From Meyerozyma guilliermondii (lineage: Eukaryota), in NCBI GenBank assembly GCA_051546255.1, contig CP128816.1, positions 1,302,001-1,366,000 on the forward strand: a stretch of DNA of 64,000 bases. Direction: 5' to 3'. Shown piece by piece: positions 43,232 through 54,396 of the stretch; position 1 is the first letter of the stretch; each line of letters opens with the position of its first letter. Below the pieces are notes generated by a model. That model did not search any database. It was given only the letters and a program-made list of their open reading frames with translations, and was not told the origin of the DNA. The position numbers and the translations under genes were made by a program.

Positions 43232-43393
43232 TACCACCACTGGACATATGATCGAAATGAAGGTTAGTAGCTAATCTCAACCAAGTGAATGTAAGATTTA
43301 CACGTAGTGAACATGCAAATAAGGAGGAAAGGTGACAGTTGTGGTGACTATTAAAGTCAGTTGGTGGAAATTATGAATGTGTTTAAAGGAAAC

Positions 43394-43473
43394 AGTTCAC
43401 TTTTTCAACGTGTAGGACGGGTCGTCACTAGTTCACTTTTTCAACGTGTAGGACGGGTCGTCACTAGTTCACT
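43394..43473. repeat. Perfect 36-bp tandem duplication (~2.2 copies)
   Basis: GTTCACTTTTTCAACGTGTAGGACGGGTCGTCACTA at 43395-43430 and 43431-43466, followed by GTTCACT. Confidence 0.95.
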
Positions 43474-44083
43474 GAATGGGTAGCAACGCCTAGGAGTCAA
43501 ATGGCAGCCTGGAAGCAAATAAATGTGGAAGATAACCTAGTTTAAAATCGACAACACCGTCACAAGGTAGATAGACTTTTGTGTAACAATGGAAAAGCCT
43601 CACCGTTTCCGGCATGGAATTCGGCGAACAACAAAGTGGACCAAATTTGTGCATTTTAGTCTACAAATACAATAGCGATAGAGAAAATGCAGCGATCTAT
43701 AATATTTATCCAATACGATATGATTTGGTCGTTGGTTGCTATACCAAAAATAAAATATATTATTATTTGTGACGGCTTTAAAAATTTGGAACCCGCCCAC
43801 TTGGGACCCTGTAATGCAGGGCTGCGACCGACACCACCGATCGCAAATCGTGCCGGTTGAATTCCACGGCAAATTCCACGGCAAATTTCACAACCCGCCA
43901 TGCATGTGATGTTTTCACGTCATGTTCGGTGCATCGCACAACGTACCTAATGCAGCAGATACTGCAGCAGACGTGGGGCGGTGCGGCGCAGGAACGTGCC
44001 TTGGGTGCAAATTGTTTAAGCGAGGGTGTCAAGGGTCCAGCAAGAAGTCTATTTTGAAGACTTCTAATGTACTCTGACGGAGT

Positions 44084-46663
44084 TTAGTGCAAATGGTAGT
44101 CTTTGGTGAATGTATGCCACTCGTTGAGTTCGGTAAGATGTCGCATCGTGGGTCGCCCATGAGGACAGTTCCATGGTTTGTCCAAGTGGCTTAGATTATG
44201 AACAACTTTTTTCATTGTAGACGTAGAAAGTGGCTGCCCTATCATGATACTCGAACGACAAGATCTCAGAGCCAAAATCGTACGGATTTTGGAGCACTTG
44301 ACATGCTTATTATTGATTGAGCCTGCTTGATTGGTAAGGTGAATTAGCTCATGAAAATCTGATTCGTCAAAAACGGTGGTTCGCAGCACAGGTAAACTTG
44401 TTAGCTTCACGCGGTGCCCAGGAGCTTCATCTTCATCCACCTTTAGTCCAAATCCGTTGGTTTTGAAAACTTCAAGATTCGCAAGAACTGTCATTTCATC
44501 GAGCGCATTGAGCTCCATATTTCGTGGAACCACAAGCAGCTGCGAGTGGAACATAGTCGTGGAGTTGGCGAGCCTTTCAAAATTGTACTTTTCATCTGAA
44601 GCGTGCTGATCAACAATGAAAAGATTGTTTCCGCCATTCAATGTGACTAAAATAAACCCCAAATTGAACTGGCCAACAACTTGCATTTTCGTAAAATCTT
44701 TCTTGGAAATCAGGTACACCAATTTTTTTTCAGCTTCTTCTCTCGCCTCAATGTTGTCGATATGTATCTTCTTTCCAGCTTGCAGCGAGTTCTGGTGATC
44801 ATTGTTAAGAATGTTGGACCCAATACCGTTGATATCAAACGACAAAACTTTGCGCACATCATGAACATTATTCTTTTTCTTTGGTGACTGTTTCTTTGGG
44901 CTTTCCAAAAAGTTGCGATTTCCAATACTAATGGAAATATTATCGTCAAGCTCCTTTTCTGAATCTGAAGCAACAACTTCTGAAGTACCATCAGAATGTA
45001 CAAAATCAGATAGTTTGACGACTCGGACTTCCCTAGGATCCTCAGTAACTTGGTCAGCAGTAACTTGGTCAGCGACCTCTTGCTCAGCGGTAGCTTCTTG
45101 CTCAGCAGTAAAGTTGTCATCATCGTCCACAAAAAGCGTTGTAGGTTTGTCATCTGTAGCTCTCGTTATGTTTGGATGTGGACTATCGTGATCAGATATT
45201 TGTATCTCGTTCTCGTCAACATTATAAGTATCTTCAATCATTTCTTTTTCATTAATTGAATCCTCTTCATGACTCTCGTTATTCTCCATCTCGTCAACAT
45301 TATTAGTATTTTCAATCATTTCTCTGTCATTAACTGAATCTTCTTCATAGCTCTCGTCATGCTCCATCTGGTCTTCTTCCTGACTTTTGTGTTCTTCAAC
45401 ATTCTCACCAATATCATTCAATTCGTTTTCTGTATTCCTAGTATCATCAGCATCAAGCTCTTCGTCCTCAGCTAAATGGTATCTTTTCAAACTTGACGGT
45501 TGCTCATAGTCCTCTTTACGTTTTGCTCTGTCAATGCTTTGAGAAGGCAGTTCCCAGCTGTCACTATTTACAGGAATTTGGGTGTCTTCTGACTCGTAAA
45601 ACTTGGTGAGTTCGTGACGAAGAACATCGTTCAACACATCTTCATTGTGTATCATGACCGTGCGCTTATCTGGAGTCACGTTGATATCAAGAAAGTCTCC
45701 ATCAAGAACAATGTTAAGTACAACGACAGGAAATTGGACTGTGTTGAAAGATCTGTACACTTCATTGACAGTTTTGATGAACCGCCTGGACTCAACCGGG
45801 CGCTTATTGAGGTAGATGTACTGTCTGTCCCCAGCCGAACGACCCATGCCAAAGGAGCAATTGGAAATCATACCCTCAAATTTAATATCTAGTCTTTTCA
45901 AAACGGGCAAATCTCCAGCATTTAACTTGAATTTTACTTCTAGTTCCTTCGCTTCTAGAGAAACCAGTTCGAGTCCGTAGGTTCCATTGGACCCATATAC
46001 ATTGAGAAGACACAGCTTTATATCTGCTTTGGAACCACCTTGAGTTCCTAGCATCATTTGCTTCTTTTTCGCAGCTGTAATGTTGTATACGGTGAACCGT
46101 ATTTCCGGATGAATAAGGATGTAGCAGATCAAATTGTTAACTGCCTTTTGGAACTCCCTTTTGATATTCTTTTCCAAGGTTTTGCGTCGAACCGGCAACG
46201 CATTAAACAAAGAAGTTACAGTAACCACAGTGCCTCGAAGACCACCCACAGACTTTTCTGTTCCTGTCAAACGTCCCATATTGTCAAATGTCAATTGGGA
46301 TATACGAGGGTAATTTTGTTTCGTACAAGTGCTAATTGTTAGATTTGCAACAGAACAAATGGAGCTCATAGCTTCACCTCGAAATCCCAAAGTAGATACT
46401 TGTGCTAAACCTTCAAACAGAACCAACTTGGAAGTATGGTGGCGCAAGCACACATATTCAAAATCTTCCTCTTCAATTCCACTGCCATCGTCCTCAATTT
46501 TAATATAGTCTAGTCCACTATCGGAGAACGTGACATCGATTTTTGTGCTTCCTGAATCTATGGCATTTTCCACCAATTCTTTCACGACCGAGACGAGATC
46601 GACGATCACCTGGCCGGAGGTTATTCGCTGCACTTCGGTAGAATCAATGTTCTTTATTGGCAT
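44084..46663 (-). CDS. PMS1: MutL-alpha endonuclease subunit
   Basis: VKELVENAID, TLGFRGEA, endonuclease motif DQHASDEKYNFE, C-terminal PWNCPHGRPTMRHL. Confidence 0.96.
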   Translation of the reverse strand: MPIKNIDSTEVQRITSGQVIVDLVSVVKELVENAIDSGSTKIDVTFSDSGLDYIKIEDDGSGIEEEDFEYVCLRHHTSKLVLFEGLAQVSTLGFRGEAMSSICSVANLTISTCTKQNYPRISQLTFDNMGRLTGTEKSVGGLRGTVVTVTSLFNALPVRRKTLEKNIKREFQKAVNNLICYILIHPEIRFTVYNITAAKKKQMMLGTQGGSKADIKLCLLNVYGSNGTYGLELVSLEAKELEVKFKLNAGDLPVLKRLDIKFEGMISNCSFGMGRSAGDRQYIYLNKRPVESRRFIKTVNEVYRSFNTVQFPVVVLNIVLDGDFLDINVTPDKRTVMIHNEDVLNDVLRHELTKFYESEDTQIPVNSDSWELPSQSIDRAKRKEDYEQPSSLKRYHLAEDEELDADDTRNTENELNDIGENVEEHKSQEEDQMEHDESYEEDSVNDREMIENTNNVDEMENNESHEEDSINEKEMIEDTYNVDENEIQISDHDSPHPNITRATDDKPTTLFVDDDDNFTAEQEATAEQEVADQVTADQVTEDPREVRVVKLSDFVHSDGTSEVVASDSEKELDDNISISIGNRNFLESPKKQSPKKKNNVHDVRKVLSFDINGIGSNILNNDHQNSLQAGKKIHIDNIEAREEAEKKLVYLISKKDFTKMQVVGQFNLGFILVTLNGGNNLFIVDQHASDEKYNFERLANSTTMFHSQLLVVPRNMELNALDEMTVLANLEVFKTNGFGLKVDEDEAPGHRVKLTSLPVLRTTVFDESDFHELIHLTNQAGSINNKHVKCSKIRTILALRSCRSSIMIGQPLSTSTMKKVVHNLSHLDKPWNCPHGRPTMRHLTELNEWHTFTKDYHLH

Positions 46664-46932
46664 GAGAAAATAAAACAAGACTTATAGTAAGGTGATCAAC
46701 GGAGTCAAGAAGTAGATGAACAAAAGTGTATAGGCAGAAAAATGTTATTTGACTGAAAGTTTCAGCAATTAGATGGGTCAGCAGTATACTTCTTTCTTTT
46801 CTGAGGTGTCTTCTCTAAATTTTTTGTTCTAGTTTTTAGACTCTTGTAAGTCTTATCTCTAGTTCTCTCTTCTCGCGTTCGCGTTCGCGAACTGATTTCG
46901 CGAACTATTCCGCGAAGATCTCGCTTCACTTT

Positions 46933-47622
46933 ATGGATGATGTCCCATTTACCGTCCCCAACGTAATATTAACCCTCAAGGAGTTCCTCATCGTGTGGTT
47001 GAACCAAGTTCTCTACACAAGCAATATATACCCTACAGAATCATACACGAAACGAAAATCGTTCGATGTCATAGTTCACATAACTCGAAGTCCATCGCTA
47101 CAAAAATATTTGGAAGACTTTGTTGACGAATTCCTAAATGTTTTGGTTAGCGATGAGCCATCCAGCAAGTCAGGAAATGTCTGCCTGCTCATAATTGTTC
47201 TTTTCGAACAAGCAAACAACAAAGTTAAAGAGAAATATTGTGTTAAAATGGACCATTTTGTTAGTCTTGGAGATTTGAATGTTGATGTTTCCACCATCAA
47301 AACTCGTCTGTTTGAAGCTGAAACTCAAAAAATTAACATTGTGGGATTCGACTGGAATACGGTGTATTCTGACCTTCGTTCTTTGTTGTCTCAGCATGTT
47401 CAGGAATTACTGCGTAGACAATCAAATCGACTTCCATTCAACGACATTTTTTTCAAGGCTGTTATCGACACTTCAGAACATGTAAACTTGTCAGCATCGG
47501 AGAAATGGGTCAAGGTTGGAGACACAAGGCTGCCAGCAACTCAATTGCCCAAGGTGGTACCTATTGGCCAAGTAAGCACTGGGTTTTTACAGTTTGGGTG
47601 TGTGAACGAGTATGCGAAATAA
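46933..47622 (+). CDS. REV7: HORMA-domain protein, DNA polymerase zeta accessory subunit-like
   Basis: LKEFLIVWLNQVLYTSNIYPTESYTKRKSF...SPSLQKYL...KEKYCV matches the Rev7-type HORMA pattern. Confidence 0.72.
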   Translation: MDDVPFTVPNVILTLKEFLIVWLNQVLYTSNIYPTESYTKRKSFDVIVHITRSPSLQKYLEDFVDEFLNVLVSDEPSSKSGNVCLLIIVLFEQANNKVKEKYCVKMDHFVSLGDLNVDVSTIKTRLFEAETQKINIVGFDWNTVYSDLRSLLSQHVQELLRRQSNRLPFNDIFFKAVIDTSEHVNLSASEKWVKVGDTRLPATQLPKVVPIGQVSTGFLQFGCVNEYAK

Positions 47623-47668
47623 CTCAAATTTGAATGCTCTTCTTTATTGTCGCATATGCTATATACAT

Positions 47669-49303
47669 CTATTTCACTGTGTTGGTCAACCCCATGATTG
47701 TCTTTAGGTTTTCGTAGACAAAGTAACTAATCGACACCGCCGGTGCAACCTTTGCAAGATTGGGCACCAATCCCTTGAACAACCCAGGAACACCTTCTCG
47801 AGCCAATGTCTGTTTCAATACATCCGAAAAACCATTATAGGTATACGGATGAGCGTATGTTCCTTGTGCTTGTAAACGAGTTCTCAATAAGTTAATAGGG
47901 TACACCACCGTAGCACCAAAAGATCCAGAGAGAGCACCGAGGGTCAAGACTTCAATATTTGGAAGCTTCACTTCGTCTTCAGGTAATCCTGTTTTCTTGG
48001 CCTGCCTTTTAATTAATATGTGTTTGATAGTTGTGAAAGTTCCAAGATCCAAAGCAGCGTAGGGGAATATACCACTGACTCCTACAAACCAACCACGATA
48101 AAAGCCTGCAATACCATTTGATTGGAAAATTCTTCTTGCTGTGTCAAATAAAAGAGCATTTCCTTTCAAAGACGAGTCCAAATTGGAGCATTGAAGCCTA
48201 AATTTAAGGGTATCGATAGGATATACCGCCAATTGAGCAACTACACCTCCCATACCACCAGAGAGGTAGGTGGATACCTTGGAAAGTTTGGTTGGATCGC
48301 TAACACCTTCGACACGACAAAAGAATCTTTTGGCTGCTTCAAAAGAGCCGAATTTTATAGCAGATTCCGGCAACACTTTAATCACATTCAATCCGTTTCC
48401 AACGTAAAATGCTCTGAAACCACCTTGTTTCCACAAAGTTCTTGCGGCCTGTATAATGGGGGACCTAATTGTCTTTGGATGATCAGGGTGGGCCACAGCA
48501 TCGGCGGCAGCTTTTTCAGCCACGGCGAGACGTCTTCGAGCCTCATCTATTACATGCTGTGCTGCTCCATCGCTAATTTTCTTTGCAATATCCTTCTTGG
48601 AGTGAAGAACCGTTGACGAAAGGTCGGTTCTGGCAATTAAAAATACCTTGATTCTGTCGAATGGAGCGGTACATGTTCTGGAAATTACGCCAGCAATGCC
48701 ACCAGCAAAGAAGAATCCAAGCCCGTTCAAAAACTGGTTAATCAAAGTGACATCTCCATCACTGGAAAGATCCAATTCCTCAATGAGAAAGCCGTAGGCA
48801 GTCCTTATTCGAGATCCATGTAATCGAGGCATAAGGAGAAGAAATTGCCTAAACTCGTCATAAGTGATATAGCCATCGCTCTTATAATCTATCTGTTTGA
48901 ACAACATATCCACATCGTAGTCTCGGGGACTCAAATTGAGCGACTTTTTCAAGTATTTCACAAAGTCTGTTTTGTTTAATTTCCCATCATGGTCCTCGTC
49001 AATTTTGTTAAATCCTTGAAGAATCTGGTCGTCAGTCGATGTCAAGTATAATTTGAAGTCATTAAAGTCAATAACTTCATCGTTATTGGCATCAAATGAG
49101 TGGAATATTTTTTCGGTAAGTTCCGGGTTGTTCTTAATGGGATGATCAAGATCCACCAAAGCGCGTCTGAAATCCTCAAGAGTGATCTCTCCATTATGCT
49201 GGACATCAAGCTGTTTGAATAGGTGCTGATAATCATCAGGATGCAGAAGTTCTTTGAACTTTTTATCGTAGAAACTCAAATTCGGGTCGTCTTCTTTCGA
49301 CAT
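47669..49303 (-). CDS. SAL1: Ca2+-binding mitochondrial ATP-Mg/Pi carrier
   Basis: Four EF-hand-like loops followed by three carrier repeats (SRTCTAPFDRIK, YPIDTLKFR, YPINLLRTRLQ). Confidence 0.93.
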   Translation of the reverse strand: MSKEDDPNLSFYDKKFKELLHPDDYQHLFKQLDVQHNGEITLEDFRRALVDLDHPIKNNPELTEKIFHSFDANNDEVIDFNDFKLYLTSTDDQILQGFNKIDEDHDGKLNKTDFVKYLKKSLNLSPRDYDVDMLFKQIDYKSDGYITYDEFRQFLLLMPRLHGSRIRTAYGFLIEELDLSSDGDVTLINQFLNGLGFFFAGGIAGVISRTCTAPFDRIKVFLIARTDLSSTVLHSKKDIAKKISDGAAQHVIDEARRRLAVAEKAAADAVAHPDHPKTIRSPIIQAARTLWKQGGFRAFYVGNGLNVIKVLPESAIKFGSFEAAKRFFCRVEGVSDPTKLSKVSTYLSGGMGGVVAQLAVYPIDTLKFRLQCSNLDSSLKGNALLFDTARRIFQSNGIAGFYRGWFVGVSGIFPYAALDLGTFTTIKHILIKRQAKKTGLPEDEVKLPNIEVLTLGALSGSFGATVVYPINLLRTRLQAQGTYAHPYTYNGFSDVLKQTLAREGVPGLFKGLVPNLAKVAPAVSISYFVYENLKTIMGLTNTVK

Positions 49304-49698
49304 GGTTCAGTGAGTCAGTGAGTGTGTAGGTTATGTGTGGTCAGCTATGTGTGGTGGGTTGCGTGCACTATGCTAGAACGAATTCAGGTGTGTATGATTG
49401 AATTAAACTTTCCCACAAACTTGTCGTGTCATACGAGGTGTAGAGTAAGCGAATTTTGACAAAGTTTCATTGGTTGTCACGTGATACAAGTAGGAAGCAG
49501 CGACAAAAAAAAACTAGCTAAAAAACGTGAAGAGAAGCTACAAAGAGAATCAGGACCCAGAAGAAAGCTAATTGATCTCTATATGTCCTATATATACCCA
49601 ATTGAATTCTTCCCTTACTTTTTCTTCTTCACATTTCCTTCGATCGTGTCTCGCACGACCCTTCTTATTTCTGCGATTCTCCGGCAAACTTCACCATC

Positions 49699-51279
49699 AT
49701 GTCGGTACAGATTTTGGGAGACCAAGCCACTGAAGAGAGGGGCGAAAATGCCCGGATGTCGGCATTTGTAGGTGCCATTGCCGTAGGGGACCTTGTAAAG
49801 TCAACTTTGGGACCCAAAGGAATGGATAAACTTTTGCAAAGTTCATCGGACATGGACAAGTCTTTGATCACCAACGATGGAGCCACGATTTTAAAGTCGA
49901 TTCCGTTCGATAATCCGGCAGCAAAGGTTCTCGTGAACATTTCCAAGGTCCAGGATGATGTAGTGGGAGACGGAACCACTTCGGTGACTGTTTTGAGTGC
50001 TGAGCTTTTGAGAGAGGCAGAAAAATTAATTGAGAAAAAGATTCATCCACAAACTATCATCGAGGGTTACAGAATAGCGTGTGCTAAGGCTTTGGAGGCG
50101 TTGGACAAAGTTTCTGTGAACAACGCTGATGATAAAGAAAAGTTTCGTAGCGATTTGATCAACATCGCCAAGACTACTTTATCTTCCAAGATCTTGTCAC
50201 AGGACAAGGACCAGTTTGCCGAGTTGGCTGTTAGTGCTGTTCTTCGTCTCAAGGGCTCCACGAACTTGGACCATATTCAAATTATCAAGCGTGTGGGTGG
50301 AAAGTTGTCAGATTCATTTCTCGATGAAGGGTTCATTTTAGATAAGAGATTTGGAATCAGTCAACCCAGAAAACTTAAAGACGCCAAAATCTTGATTGCA
50401 AATACATCTATGGATACCGATAAAGTCAAGGTGTTTGGAGCAAAGTTCAAGGTGGACTCTACATCTAAATTAGCCGAATTGGAGAAGGCAGAAAAGGCTA
50501 AAATGAAGAACAAGGTTGAAAAAATCAAAAAGTTTGGAATTAATTGTTTTATCAACCGTCAATTAATCTATGACTATCCCGAGCTGTTGTTCACGGATAG
50601 CAAGATTAACAGTATCGAGCACGCTGATTTTGATGGTGTGGAAAGATTAGCATTGGTTACAGGTGCCGAAGTTGTATCTACATTCGACAATCCGGAAAAG
50701 GTCAAATTGGGACACTGTGAGTCGATCGAGGAAATCTTAATAGGAGAAGACGTTATGACGAAATTTTCAGGTGTGGCAGCAGGAGAAGCATGTACAATTG
50801 TGTTGAGAGGAGCCACCGAACAAGTGTTGGATGAAGCTGAAAGATCGATCCACGATGCATTATCGGTCCTCTCACAAACCACCAGAGAAACGAAAACCTG
50901 TCTTGGAGGAGGCTCTGCCGAAATGAACATGTCTAAAGCCGTGGACCAAGCGGCTGCAAATATCACTGGCAAAAAGTCTTTAGCTGTGGAATCATTTGCC
51001 CATGCATTGAGGCAATTACCGCTGATTTTGGCCGACAATGCTGGTTATGATTCATCGGAGCTCGTTTCCAAGCTCCGGTCTGCCATCTACAACGGAATGT
51101 CGACATCGGGCTTAGACTTGAATCGGGGCGTTGTAGCCGATATGCGTGAGTTAGGAATTGTTGAAAGTTACAAATTGAAACATGCTGTGGTGGCCTCAGC
51201 CACTGAGGCTGCGGAGGTATTGTTAAGAGTGGACAATATTTTGCGTGCTAAGCCCAGAACCGCCGACAGGAACCACTAA
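49699..51279 (+). CDS. CCT2: Chaperonin CCT subunit beta
   Basis: [52 protein letters not shown]. Confidence 0.97.
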   Translation: MSVQILGDQATEERGENARMSAFVGAIAVGDLVKSTLGPKGMDKLLQSSSDMDKSLITNDGATILKSIPFDNPAAKVLVNISKVQDDVVGDGTTSVTVLSAELLREAEKLIEKKIHPQTIIEGYRIACAKALEALDKVSVNNADDKEKFRSDLINIAKTTLSSKILSQDKDQFAELAVSAVLRLKGSTNLDHIQIIKRVGGKLSDSFLDEGFILDKRFGISQPRKLKDAKILIANTSMDTDKVKVFGAKFKVDSTSKLAELEKAEKAKMKNKVEKIKKFGINCFINRQLIYDYPELLFTDSKINSIEHADFDGVERLALVTGAEVVSTFDNPEKVKLGHCESIEEILIGEDVMTKFSGVAAGEACTIVLRGATEQVLDEAERSIHDALSVLSQTTRETKTCLGGGSAEMNMSKAVDQAAANITGKKSLAVESFAHALRQLPLILADNAGYDSSELVSKLRSAIYNGMSTSGLDLNRGVVADMRELGIVESYKLKHAVVASATEAAEVLLRVDNILRAKPRTADRNH

Positions 51280-51693
51280 TCCGACGTCGCTATTGTATAA
51301 TGACCGGCATGCGTGCATACAGCCCGGGTGCGCGTGCGTGTCGAAGCAGGGGACTGCGGCAACGTGCGTGGCGCCTATGGCGTCTATGGCGCGCGGTCAC
51401 CCGGGCACTACCCCACAAGTCAAATAGTTAGGTATGAGGTTGCAAACCAGGATGTAGAATCAACATAGGTAGAGCATGTGCCATGTGTAATTTGGGAGTC
51501 AATTGGTTTTTTATTGCCAATTTGGTTGGGGTTTAGTCCAACCGCAGCAAAGATGAAATGCGGGGCCCACAACGTGCATGAATCGCATTCTTCTCTTGCA
51601 GGCTGCAATTTCAGTTAGATCCACACCACATAGGGGGTAGCAAGAATTGGGAGTATAAAAGGGGACCAGGAAACTCAATTGAATTAGTGAAAA

Positions 51694-52323
51694 ATGGTAT
51701 TTGGATTTGGAAGTGACGACGACAAGAAACAACGCAGAGACGATGATCGTCAGGGACTGAGAGACGATAGCTATGGATCTGGAAGAGACAACTCCGACAG
51801 CTATGGTTCAGGAAGAGACAATTCCGACTCTTATGGTTCCAGTAAGACTGATTCTTATGGTTCAGGAAGAGAAAATTCTGACTCTTACGGCTCAAGCAAG
51901 TCCGACTCTTATGGATCTAGCAAGACTGACTCTTACGGTTCAAGCAACACCGACTCATATGGATCTGGAAGAGACAATTCCGACTCTTATGGTTCCAATA
52001 AAGGAGACCAATCTTATGGTTCTGGAAGAGGAAGTGACTCCTATGGTTCTTCTAGAGACGACTCCTATGGCTCTTCAGGAAGAGGCGACTCTTACGGTTC
52101 TTCTGACAAGTACGGTTCTTCTGGAAGAGACACTTCAGACTCTTATGGTTCCAGTAAGGGAGACCAATCCTATGGCTCTTCTGGAAGAGGCGGAGACAGC
52201 TACGGCTCCTCGAATAGGGATGATGATGACTCCTATGGTTCTTCCGGTAGAGGTGGAGACAGCTATGGTTCTTCCGGCAGAGGTGGAGACAACTATGGTT
52301 CATCGAGAAACGACGACTACTAA
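51694..52323 (+). CDS. DDR48: Stress protein with DSYGSS repeats
   Basis: MVFGFG start and ~20 D/Q-SYGS[SG] repeats. TATAAAA at 51654 and STRE-like AGGGG at 51348, 51632 and 51660. Confidence 0.88.
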   Translation: MVFGFGSDDDKKQRRDDDRQGLRDDSYGSGRDNSDSYGSGRDNSDSYGSSKTDSYGSGRENSDSYGSSKSDSYGSSKTDSYGSSNTDSYGSGRDNSDSYGSNKGDQSYGSGRGSDSYGSSRDDSYGSSGRGDSYGSSDKYGSSGRDTSDSYGSSKGDQSYGSSGRGGDSYGSSNRDDDDSYGSSGRGGDSYGSSGRGGDNYGSSRNDDY

Positions 52324-52965
52324 GTATGAAATTGAGAATTATCTTCTGCTAAGTTGTAATTGGACAGTGTCTCAACTAATAAGTTGTAATCGAACAATAT
52401 TTCTACTAAGTTGTACTTCAACATTAGTTCCACTCAGTGTACTTCAACATAATTTCTACTAAGTTGTAATTGAACATTCTCAACTACCAAATTGTAATAC
52501 AAGAGTTATCTTCTACGATTAAAATGTACTTCAACATTTTACCAAGTATGTAATTGAACATATTTTCAACTACCAAGTTGTAATTCAAGATTCATATCCC
52601 ACTATTAAGTATGTACTTCAACATCACTTTCTACTATTGAGTATGTACTTTAACTTTATCTTCTACGATCAAGTATGTCATTCAAGAACTATTCTCTACC
52701 AAGTGTACTTCAGCATTAAGTGTATGTCAACATTATCTTACCAAGTATGTAATTGAATCCTAATCTCAACTACTAAGTTGTAATACAAGAGTTATACTCT
52801 GTTATCAAGTATGTAATTTAAGAATTATCTTCTACTATTAAGTATGTACTCCGAAATATTTACTAAGTTGTAATTGAGCATTCTCTTCAACTATTAAGTA
52901 TGTACTAGTGTACTTCCTTATCTTCTACAAGTATCAACATTTGTATGTTCAACATTTTCTCATCT
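52317..52965. repeat. AT-rich degenerate tandem array, ~21-22 units of ~25-33 bp
   Basis: Recurrent core CTA[C/T][C/T]AAGT(A)TGTA[A/C]TT followed by a variable CAACA/CAAGA..TTATCTT tail. Confidence 0.9.
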
Positions 52966-52979
52966 ATTCATGCTTCTAG

Positions 52980-54083
52980 TTATTGCTGCAACGGTGCGTA
53001 CAACACCTGAGTAACATACTTACGTTTGTAACGTATAATGCTGGCGACCGCCAAAGTACCATGTTTTATGCTGGTGGTGGCTAAATGATTCAACACAACG
53101 TGGTTGGGTATAGGTAAGGCACCGGCGTTGTTATCTTTGTCCATGGCACTTTGACTGTTAAGATTAACATTCTCCAAATGTGGGGGAAGCTGTGGTGGAT
53201 GAAGCCATGCTTGTTGTTGACCTCCTTGATTCTTCGACTGCTTGTCAATTGCAATGTAATATTGTTCCATGACTTTTGGATCGGTGAAAATCGGTGGAAT
53301 CTCATTGATATATTCAAATTCTGGTGCATTGAAATTGCCATCTTCATCATGGTATCGTGAGTACCCATCTCCCATATCATCATCATCTCCTGTTAGTCTC
53401 CATGCCGAATTGCTGCGTCCCCTTGCTACAGATCTACGCCTTTGTGGTGCAGGATGAGATGGAACAGAATCTTTTGATTTTGTTTTCGTTTCCTCTTGAC
53501 TTTCCATATACTGTTGAACATGTTCCTGGGTAACTTCCACATAGTTGACAAAGTTTCCCATCTGGTCGGTTGCAGCTGGAAGATTATCGGAAAACCGGAG
53601 TTCGTTATCCACCACAAACCGGAACCGATGGGTGCCCATTGGAAGCCCAAGGGTAATGCTAAAGTTGTTATCTGGTTGTTTGACGAGCCCTATCATTTTT
53701 CTCCATTGGGTAAAAGATCCCGTCACATACACCTTTTCTCCTCCTTGAACCCACTTTATGTCCACAGGAACGGTCACATTGGGGTCCGGAACCGGTGTTT
53801 GTTCTGTGCTGGGCGCTACTGACTCCGGTTGGGGTGAGTTGTGGCCGGTGCTATGGCTATCCAACTCCATCTTATCAGCATTGTCCCTCTTCTCGTTGTC
53901 TTCATCGCGTAAAATTAACGTAGATTTACGTCTTCCAAGACCACCCGAACCCGCGTGTGGGTCGTTTGAACCGATTCTGGCATCGGCCGCAGTCATCTCC
54001 CGATCTTCATTGGCTTCCGAAACATCCACCATCGACACCTCTCTATTTTCTGGGCCCGGATTATGGTCCTCCGGGGTAGACAT
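52980..54083 (-). CDS. Snf1/AMPK beta subunit (Gal83/Sip2/Kis family)
   Basis: Glycogen-binding domain (WVQGGEKVYVTGSFTQW..HRFRFVVD) and ASC domain (PPQLPPHL..LPIPNHVVLNHL..RYKRKYVTQVLYAP). Confidence 0.93.
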   Translation of the reverse strand: MSTPEDHNPGPENREVSMVDVSEANEDREMTAADARIGSNDPHAGSGGLGRRKSTLILRDEDNEKRDNADKMELDSHSTGHNSPQPESVAPSTEQTPVPDPNVTVPVDIKWVQGGEKVYVTGSFTQWRKMIGLVKQPDNNFSITLGLPMGTHRFRFVVDNELRFSDNLPAATDQMGNFVNYVEVTQEHVQQYMESQEETKTKSKDSVPSHPAPQRRRSVARGRSNSAWRLTGDDDDMGDGYSRYHDEDGNFNAPEFEYINEIPPIFTDPKVMEQYYIAIDKQSKNQGGQQQAWLHPPQLPPHLENVNLNSQSAMDKDNNAGALPIPNHVVLNHLATTSIKHGTLAVASIIRYKRKYVTQVLYAPLQQ

Positions 54084-54373
54084 GGCCAAGTACTTGCTAC
54101 GTTGGGTTCAGACCACCGCGGAATTGGGAATTTAAGCGGACGTGGTCGGTGGTTGTGTCGTCGATTGTAAAAGGCGGGACTGCGAATTCGGGTGAGCGCG
54201 GGTCACGTGACAGTTCCAGGAACATAGGAGGTGGGGAATAATGGGCAGAAGGAAGTTGTGGGTGGACACTGTGGAGCGGTTATGTGTAGTTGGAAGGTTG
54301 GTGTGTGATATCCGATAAGCTTTGAATGTCCATTTTTCCTTTTGCGTTTCTATTACTTACCACCACCAATTTC

Positions 54374-54396
54374 CATTGCAGCGTCCCAATGCGGAA
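54374..54396 (+). promoter_or_regulatory. Putative a2-Mcm1 a-specific gene operator upstream of STE2
   Basis: CATTGCA-GCGT-CCCAATGCGGAA: an HMG-type CATTG half-site next to a CC-N6-GG Mcm1 box (54385-54394). TATAAA at ~54462. Confidence 0.55.

Noticed and set aside
51611..52462. Overlapping alternative-frame and antisense ORFs over DDR48
   Set aside because: Artefacts of the repetitive coding sequence.
52317..52965. Array interpreted as CRISPR, telomeric repeat or centromere
   Set aside because: The host is a eukaryote with no cas genes, and the variable parts are related to each other. Only sporadic GTGTACT matches to a telomere-like unit occur, and no independent centromere evidence is visible.
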